Source: Holophagaceae bacterium (GTDB lineage Bacteria > Acidobacteriota > Holophagae > Holophagales > Holophagaceae). From it: DNA of 64,000 nucleotides. Below the pieces are notes generated by a model that was given only the letters and a program-made list of their open reading frames with translations, did no database searches and had not been told where the DNA came from. Numbering within the stretch: position 1 is the stretch's first letter; every line of letters begins with the position of its first letter. Location of the stretch: contig JAXLQR010000002.1 in assembly GCA_046331545.1 (NCBI GenBank), positions 3,247,080 through 3,311,079 on the forward strand, in the 5' to 3' direction. Positions 59,308-64,000 of the stretch are shown in pieces. Made by a program: the position numbers and the translations under genes.

Positions 59308-59709
59308 ATGAGCAAGCGCAGCCTCGGCAGCCTGGCCGACCTGGCGAAGATCCTCGAGGAGTCCGCCAACCCCGAATCCGTCGTCCGCGAGGACCGCAAG
59401 GTGGTGAAGGCCAAGAAGGCCGATGGGCGCAAGGCGGTGCAGGTGAAGGCCAAGGTGGTGGATCCCAAGCGCAAGGCCTGGCACGACCGGCGGCTCAAGG
59501 AGCAGGCGGCCGCGCCCGCCGCGGCCAAGGCCGCCGCGCCCGCCGCGGAGAACCCCGTCAAGCCGGCCCTGACCAAGGCCGTGGCCACCAGCCTCACGGG
59601 CAGCCTGCTGGACACCCTCGCCGCGGCGAAGGAGGCCAAGCCCAAGCAGGACGGCAACGGCAAGAAGACCGAGGCCTGGCGCCGCAAGCCCGGCGATCCG
59701 ATCTTCTAG
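59308..59709 (+). CDS. Small Lys/Ala-rich basic protein (histone-like composition)
   Basis: 133 aa, KAKKADGRKAVQVKAKVVDPKRKAW... Stop codon is the first TAG of the heptamer array. Confidence 0.45.
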   Translation: MSKRSLGSLADLAKILEESANPESVVREDRKVVKAKKADGRKAVQVKAKVVDPKRKAWHDRRLKEQAAAPAAAKAAAPAAENPVKPALTKAVATSLTGSLLDTLAAAKEAKPKQDGNGKKTEAWRRKPGDPIF

Positions 59710-59788
59710 GCTCTAGGCTCTAGGCTCTAGGCTCTAGGCTCTAGGCTCTGGGCCTGGGCCCGGGCCTGGGCTCCGGGTTCTAGGCGCT
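59705..59788. repeat. Heptanucleotide tandem array (TCTAGGC) x6 perfect followed by about 6 degenerate copies
   Basis: Directly visible: 59705-59746 are six exact TCTAGGC units, then cTgGGcc/cgGGcct... decaying copies. It supplies TAG for the + strand gene and CTA (TAG on the minus strand) for the convergent gene. Confidence 0.9.
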
Positions 59789-60301
59789 GGCGCCGAGGAG
59801 CGCGGCGTACTTCCGGCCGATCCAGGTCTGGGCCAGCGGGCGCTCCAGGCGGCCCTCGCGGAGCTCGCCCAGGTGCTGGAGGGTGAGGTCCAGCACCGGC
59901 GTGGTCCCGTCCAGCTCGCCGGACTGCAGCAGGGCCTCCAGGCGGGCCTTGGGCACCACCGTCAGGCCGCCGGCGGCGCGCACCAGCACCTTCTGGGCGT
60001 CCAGCAGGGGCAGCTCGAGGAGGTCCGCGAGCTTGTAGAGCTGGCGCAGCATCGAGTCGATGGCGCAGCCCGAGGGCTGGGTGCCCATGGTGCGCTCGAC
60101 CACCGCGAGCATCTGGTTCTCCAGCAGGTCGAAGGCGCTGTCGATGGGCGTGCCGCGGGTCTTCCAGTGGGGCTGGAAGCCCTCGAAGTGGGCCTTCAGC
60201 TTCGCGGCCTCCTCCGCCAGCAGGGGCCGCGGGAAGGCCGCCAGCCACAGGCGCGCGTCGTCGGCGAATCCATCGAAGGCCTTGAGCTCGTGCATCGTCA
60301 T
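59780..60301 (-). CDS. Hypothetical protein
   Basis: 173 aa from MTMHELKAFDGFADDARLWL. The upstream part of the six-frame ORF is a GC artefact. Stop lies inside the heptamer array. Confidence 0.45.
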   Translation of the reverse strand: MTMHELKAFDGFADDARLWLAAFPRPLLAEEAAKLKAHFEGFQPHWKTRGTPIDSAFDLLENQMLAVVERTMGTQPSGCAIDSMLRQLYKLADLLELPLLDAQKVLVRAAGGLTVVPKARLEALLQSGELDGTTPVLDLTLQHLGELREGRLERPLAQTWIGRKYAALLGASA

Positions 60302-60357
60302 CGCGTCCTCGGGTGCGCTCCAGTGTAGGCGGATTCGCGGGCCGCGCGACCGCGGCC

Positions 60358-60993
60358 TCAGGCGCGCAACGCGCGCTCCAGCACGCGGGCCACCGGGCCG
60401 AGGGCCGCGGCCTCCGCGAGGTAGGCGGCGCGGGAGGCCACCAGCCGCGCCGAGGTCGTGCCCAGCACGTGCGCCTCGGCGAGGCCGTGGGCCCTCAGCG
60501 TGCCGCCGGTCTGCACGAGGTCCACGATGGCGTCCGCGAGGCCGAGGACGGGCGCCAGCTCCACGCTGCTGGCCAGGCCCACCAGCTCGGCGGTGAGCCC
60601 CTCCTTCGCCAGCCACGCGGCGGTGGCCTTCGGGAACTTGGTGGCCAGGCGCAGGTGGGGCTTCCGGCGCAGGTCCTCGAGGGTGGTGCCCCGGGCGGCG
60701 CAGAGGGACAGCCGGCAGGCGCCGAAGCCGAGGTCGGCGAGTTCCAGCAGGTCCTCGGAGGATTCGTCCAGGGTGTCGCTGCCCACGATGCCCAGCGCCG
60801 CGATGCCCGTGGCCACGTAGCGGGGGAGGTCCGCGCCCTTGAGGAGCAGCACCTCCACGCCGGCGGTCGCGGTGGGGACGCGCAGGGCCCGGGACGTCAG
60901 GGCCGCCTCGTCCAGCGCGAGGCCCGTGCCCCGCAGCTTCGGAACGAGGTCGTCGCCGAGGCGGCCCTTGGGAAAGGCGAGGAGGAGGCTCAT
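60358..60993 (-). CDS. hisG: ATP phosphoribosyltransferase, short form
   Basis: MSLLLAFPKGRL N-terminus, 211 aa short-form HisG. ATGA overlap with hisZ upstream. Confidence 0.9.
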   Translation of the reverse strand: MSLLLAFPKGRLGDDLVPKLRGTGLALDEAALTSRALRVPTATAGVEVLLLKGADLPRYVATGIAALGIVGSDTLDESSEDLLELADLGFGACRLSLCAARGTTLEDLRRKPHLRLATKFPKATAAWLAKEGLTAELVGLASSVELAPVLGLADAIVDLVQTGGTLRAHGLAEAHVLGTTSARLVASRAAYLAEAAALGPVARVLERALRA

Positions 60994-61964
60994 CGGAGGC
61001 CCTCCCCGGCGAAGAGCTCGGGCCGCGTCTCGGCCAGGTCCAGCAGCCGCGAGAGGCGCAGGCAGAAGCCCGCGGCCTTCCAGTCCCGGCCGAGTTCGGG
61101 GTAGAGCCCGTCGTAGCGCCCGCCGCTGGCCAGCTCCGCCTGGGCCCCCGGTGCCCAGAGCCGCAGGGTCGGGCCGGTGTAGAAGCCGATGCCCTGCACG
61201 TCCGCGGGATCGAGGCGGAGCTCGAGGCCGGGGGGCAGCAGCGGTGCGACGGCGGCGTGGGCGCGGCCCAGGTGCGCGATCTCCTCCTCCAGCATGGCGG
61301 CGTAGGGGCTCGCGCCGAGGGCGCGCAGGGTGGAGGGGCCGTCGGGCTCGGCGAGCAGGGCCTCGGCGTGGGCGGCGAGCCGCGCCGCCGCCGGATGGCC
61401 GTCCAGGGCCTCGCGCACGCGGTGCGCCGCGCGGCGGTGGAGGGCCCGCACCACCCGCGCGGTGGTCTCGGCGTCCAGGCCCTCGGCCTCCATGGGCCGG
61501 CGCAGCAGGGCCGCGTGGCCGAGCTGGAGGATGCCGCCCTTCAGGCCCAGGGCCGCGGGCATGGCCACCATCAGCCGGGCCAGCTCCACGTCGGCGGCCG
61601 CGGTGTCCTCGCCGGGGGCCTGGAGGCGCTCGCAGCCCACCTCGAAGCGCTCCACGGGCTCCCAGGGCTGCTGGGGGCGGCGGAACACGGCGCCGGCGTA
61701 GCTGATCCGCGGAGGCGGCGCGTCGAAGCGCGTGGAGAGGAGGCGCGCCAGGGCCACGGTGAAGTCCCAACGCAGGGCCACCAGGTCCGCGCCGTCGAAG
61801 AAGCGCACGGCCTCCGGCTCGAGGGGCTCCCGCATCACGAGGCTCGGGTGCAGCTCCGCGTAGCCGCCCTCCGCGAGCAGGCCCATGAGGGCGTGCTCCC
61901 AGGCCCGCAGGCGGGCCGCGGGCTCGAAGAGCAGGTCGGGGAAGTGGGGCATGTGGGTGGGCAT
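60990..61964 (-). CDS. hisZ: ATP phosphoribosyltransferase regulatory subunit HisZ
   Basis: HisRS-like class II fold without an anticodon domain. 324 aa. Immediately upstream of short hisG. Confidence 0.8.
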   Translation of the reverse strand: MPTHMPHFPDLLFEPAARLRAWEHALMGLLAEGGYAELHPSLVMREPLEPEAVRFFDGADLVALRWDFTVALARLLSTRFDAPPPRISYAGAVFRRPQQPWEPVERFEVGCERLQAPGEDTAAADVELARLMVAMPAALGLKGGILQLGHAALLRRPMEAEGLDAETTARVVRALHRRAAHRVREALDGHPAAARLAAHAEALLAEPDGPSTLRALGASPYAAMLEEEIAHLGRAHAAVAPLLPPGLELRLDPADVQGIGFYTGPTLRLWAPGAQAELASGGRYDGLYPELGRDWKAAGFCLRLSRLLDLAETRPELFAGEGLR

Positions 61965-61967
61965 GGC

Positions 61968-62618
61968 TCAGTCCTTCGGCGCCGTGCGCGCCGCGTGGCG
62001 GACCTTCAGCACGTCCACGGCGTCCTGGAGGCTCAGGCCCGCGTCCACCAGGAGCAGGTCCAGGTGGAAGAGCAGGTCCGCGGCCTCGCCGAGGAACTCC
62101 TCCCGGTGCTCGTCACTGGGTCCGTGCTCGAAGGCCTTGGCGGCGAGGATCACCTCCCCGGCCTCCTCGACCACCTTCTTCGCGATGCGGTCCGTACCCC
62201 GGGCGAAGAGCTTCTGGGTATAGGAGCCCTCCAGGGAGGCCGCCGCCTTCCGGGCCCGCAGCAGCCCCTCGAGGCGCTCCATCCACGGCCATGTGGTCTC
62301 GGGGGCCTCCGCGGCCTCGAAGCAGGTCTCGGTGCCCCGGTGGCAGGTGGGGCCTTCGGGTTCGGCGATGGCGAGGAGCGTGTCCCGGTCGCAATCGGCG
62401 CGGAGCGCGATCAGCCTGAGCCGGTTCCCGCTGGTCTCGCCCTTGGTCCAGAGGGACTGGCGGGAGCGGCTCCAGAAGGTGAGCTGGCCCGTGTCGAGGG
62501 TGCGCTGCAGCGCCTCCCGGTTCATCCAGCCCACCATGCGCACGTCCCCGGCGCGGCCCTGGGCCACGCAGGGGATCAGGCCGGCGGCGTCGAAGACGAG
62601 CGTGTCCGGATCGATCAT
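61968..62618 (-). CDS. hisI: Bifunctional phosphoribosyl-AMP cyclohydrolase / phosphoribosyl-ATP pyrophosphatase
   Basis: LIPCVAQ...GWMNREAL...SRSRQSLWTKGETSGN (HisI). C-terminal HisE helical MazG-like segment. 216 aa. Confidence 0.88.
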   Translation of the reverse strand: MIDPDTLVFDAAGLIPCVAQGRAGDVRMVGWMNREALQRTLDTGQLTFWSRSRQSLWTKGETSGNRLRLIALRADCDRDTLLAIAEPEGPTCHRGTETCFEAAEAPETTWPWMERLEGLLRARKAAASLEGSYTQKLFARGTDRIAKKVVEEAGEVILAAKAFEHGPSDEHREEFLGEAADLLFHLDLLLVDAGLSLQDAVDVLKVRHAARTAPKD

Positions 62619-63376
62619 GCGGCCTCCCCTCGGATGTCCTGGCCCGCGTCCAGGAGGAAGCGCTTGAGGCGCGGGACGGGCAGCGTGCCCTCGTGGAAGA
62701 GCGTCGCCGCCAGCACCGCGTCCGCGCCGGCCCTCAGGGCCTCCAGGAAGTGCGTCTCCGCGCCCGCGCCCCCCGAGGCGATGACGGGGATGCCCAGGCG
62801 CGCGGCCTCCCTCAGCAGGTCCAGGTCGAAGCCCTCGCCGGTGCCGTCCCGGTCCATGGAGGTGAGGAGGATCTCGCCGGCGCCCAGGGCCTCCAGCTCC
62901 CGCAGCCAGGGCAGGGCCGCGCGCTCCGTGGCCACCTTGCCCCCCTGGATCCACACCCGCCAGCCCAGCTCGGGGTCGCGCTTCACGTCCACCGCCGCGA
63001 CGACGCTCTGGCCGCCCACCCGCTCCGCGGCCTCCTTCACGAGCCCGGGCCGGCGGACGGCGGCGGTGTTGATGGCCACCTTGTCCGCGCCCAGGCGCAG
63101 CAGGCGCGCCACGTCCTCGGCGGAACCCACGCCGCCGCCCACGGTGAAGGGGATGGTCAGCGCGCGGGCCACGGCCCGCACCCAGGCCTCCTGCGTGCTC
63201 CGCTGCTCCTCGGAGGCGCTGATGTCCAGGAAGCACACCTCGTCGGCCCCTTCCGCGTCGTAGCGCAGGGCGTGGGCCACCGGGTCGCCCAGGTCGCGGA
63301 GGTGCTCGAAGCGCACGCCCTTCACGGTGCGGCCGCCCTTCACGTCCAGGCAGGGGATGACGCGGCGGGCGGGCAT
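62615..63376 (-). CDS. hisF: Imidazole glycerol phosphate synthase cyclase subunit HisF
   Basis: RVIPCLDVKGGRTVKGV N-terminus. 253 aa TIM barrel. Confidence 0.93.
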   Translation of the reverse strand: MPARRVIPCLDVKGGRTVKGVRFEHLRDLGDPVAHALRYDAEGADEVCFLDISASEEQRSTQEAWVRAVARALTIPFTVGGGVGSAEDVARLLRLGADKVAINTAAVRRPGLVKEAAERVGGQSVVAAVDVKRDPELGWRVWIQGGKVATERAALPWLRELEALGAGEILLTSMDRDGTGEGFDLDLLREAARLGIPVIASGGAGAETHFLEALRAGADAVLAATLFHEGTLPVPRLKRFLLDAGQDIRGEAA

Positions 63377-64000
63377 CAGGGCCTCCCTTGCAGCGCGGCC
63401 CGGGTGGCGGGATCCGCGAGGTCGATGCGGCCCTCCAGCAGCGCCTTGCCGGTGATGGCGCCGGCCACGCCGGGGATCCCGGCGAGGGGCGCGAGGTCGG
63501 CGAGGTCCCGCAGGCCGCCGCTGGCCTGGACGGCGAAGCCCTCCCGCGCCACGAGGCGCGTGGCCTCCAGGCCGGGGCCCTCCAGCGTGCCGTCCCGGCC
63601 CACGTCGGTGACCAGGGCGCGCTTGAACCCGAGGGTCAGCAGCGCCTCGAAGACGTCGGTGCTCTCGCAGACGCTTTCCGCCTGCCAGCCCTTGGTGGCG
63701 ATGCGGTCGCCCCGCAGGTCCAGGGCGCAGAGGACGCGGTGGGGCGGCAGGCCGGCGAGGTCCCGGGGCTTCTCCACCGCGAGGGTGCCCACCACCGCCT
63801 CGAAGCCCAGATCCAGCGCCTCCTGCACCGCGGCGCGGGTGCGCAGGCCGCCGCCGAGCTGGAAGGCCGCCTCGGGGAAGAGCTTGGGGAAGAGCTTGAA
63901 GGCGCCCTGGCGCGCGAGGCCGAAGGCGCCGTCCAGGTCCACGAGGTGGATCCGCGTCGCGCCGGCGTCCAGGAGGCGCTGCACCCAGGCGGTGGGCTCG
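63376..64000 (-). CDS. hisA: ProFAR isomerase HisA (5' end runs off the window)
   Basis: RIHLVDLDGA and the C-terminal GGLR..D/SGG motifs. The N-terminal first beta-strand (IPAIDL) is missing, so the true start lies beyond 64000. Confidence 0.8.
   Translation of the reverse strand, partial: EPTAWVQRLLDAGATRIHLVDLDGAFGLARQGAFKLFPKLFPEAAFQLGGGLRTRAAVQEALDLGFEAVVGTLAVEKPRDLAGLPPHRVLCALDLRGDRIATKGWQAESVCESTDVFEALLTLGFKRALVTDVGRDGTLEGPGLEATRLVAREGFAVQASGGLRDLADLAPLAGIPGVAGAITGKALLEGRIDLADPATRAALQGRP

Noticed and set aside
59705-59788. Possible CRISPR array.
   Set aside because: The repeats are 7 nt (and 15 nt at 12746) simple tandem units with no spacers. There are no cas genes. It is not CRISPR.
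63376-63984. hisA starting at the Met at 63984.
   Set aside because: The conserved N-terminal beta-strand of HisA is missing, and there is no stop between 63984 and the window edge. The gene continues past 64000, so I annotated it as partial.

Overview
This 64 kb window is a very GC-rich (about 70%) bacterial chromosomal segment. Most of it is housekeeping DNA. I can place about 65 features with some confidence.

- Left end: ftsH, tilS and an overlapping bshB1/bshC-like pair (bacillithiol biosynthesis).
- A glycolysis block: two tandem GAPDH paralogs, a small Fis-type HTH protein and pyruvate kinase.
- cinA, plsY-gpsA, an MDR-type alcohol dehydrogenase and corA.
- An envelope-glycosylation-like cluster: a sulfatase/LTA-synthase-family protein, an ArnA-C-terminal-like UDP-GlcA decarboxylase, two GT39/ArnT-like glycosyltransferases and an ArnE/F-like SMR flippase subunit. 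A YhhQ-like transporter, a ROK kinase and an M19 dipeptidase are interspersed.
- An acyl-CoA ligase, a CoA-transferase, a TPR protein, a flotillin, a tricorn-like protease, rsmE, a GNAT, mtgA, an Asparaginase_2 Ntn hydrolase and mdh.
- A tightly coupled hotdog-thioesterase / DinB_2 / small radical-SAM cassette.
- nrdJ (class II B12-dependent RNR), followed by a histidine block at the right end (hisA partial, hisF, hisIE, hisZ, short hisG).

The clearest anomaly is a 1.5 kb AT-rich island (about 35% GC against about 70% in the flanks) wedged between nrdJ and a secreted amidohydrolase. Its single gene encodes a 436 aa protein with an N-terminal AlbA_2/Schlafen-like domain and an unrecognisable C-terminal region. 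I read this as a horizontally acquired candidate single-gene defence or toxin module. The island also appears to supply the first 12 codons and the RBS of the neighbouring amidohydrolase.

Other things worth a second look:
- a perfect 24 bp hairpin and nested palindromes in the 440 nt mdh-downstream intergenic region;
- a (TCTAGGC)n heptamer array that supplies the stop codons of two convergent genes;
- a 15 nt in-frame tandem repeat at the 5' end of gpsA;
- a secreted protein with a charged RE-repeat tract and an extremely aromatic/Arg-rich domain;
- an arn-like locus that lacks arnB/C/D within the window.

Many very long ORFs in the six-frame track are GC-driven artefacts in alternate frames or antisense to recognisable genes, and I rejected them.
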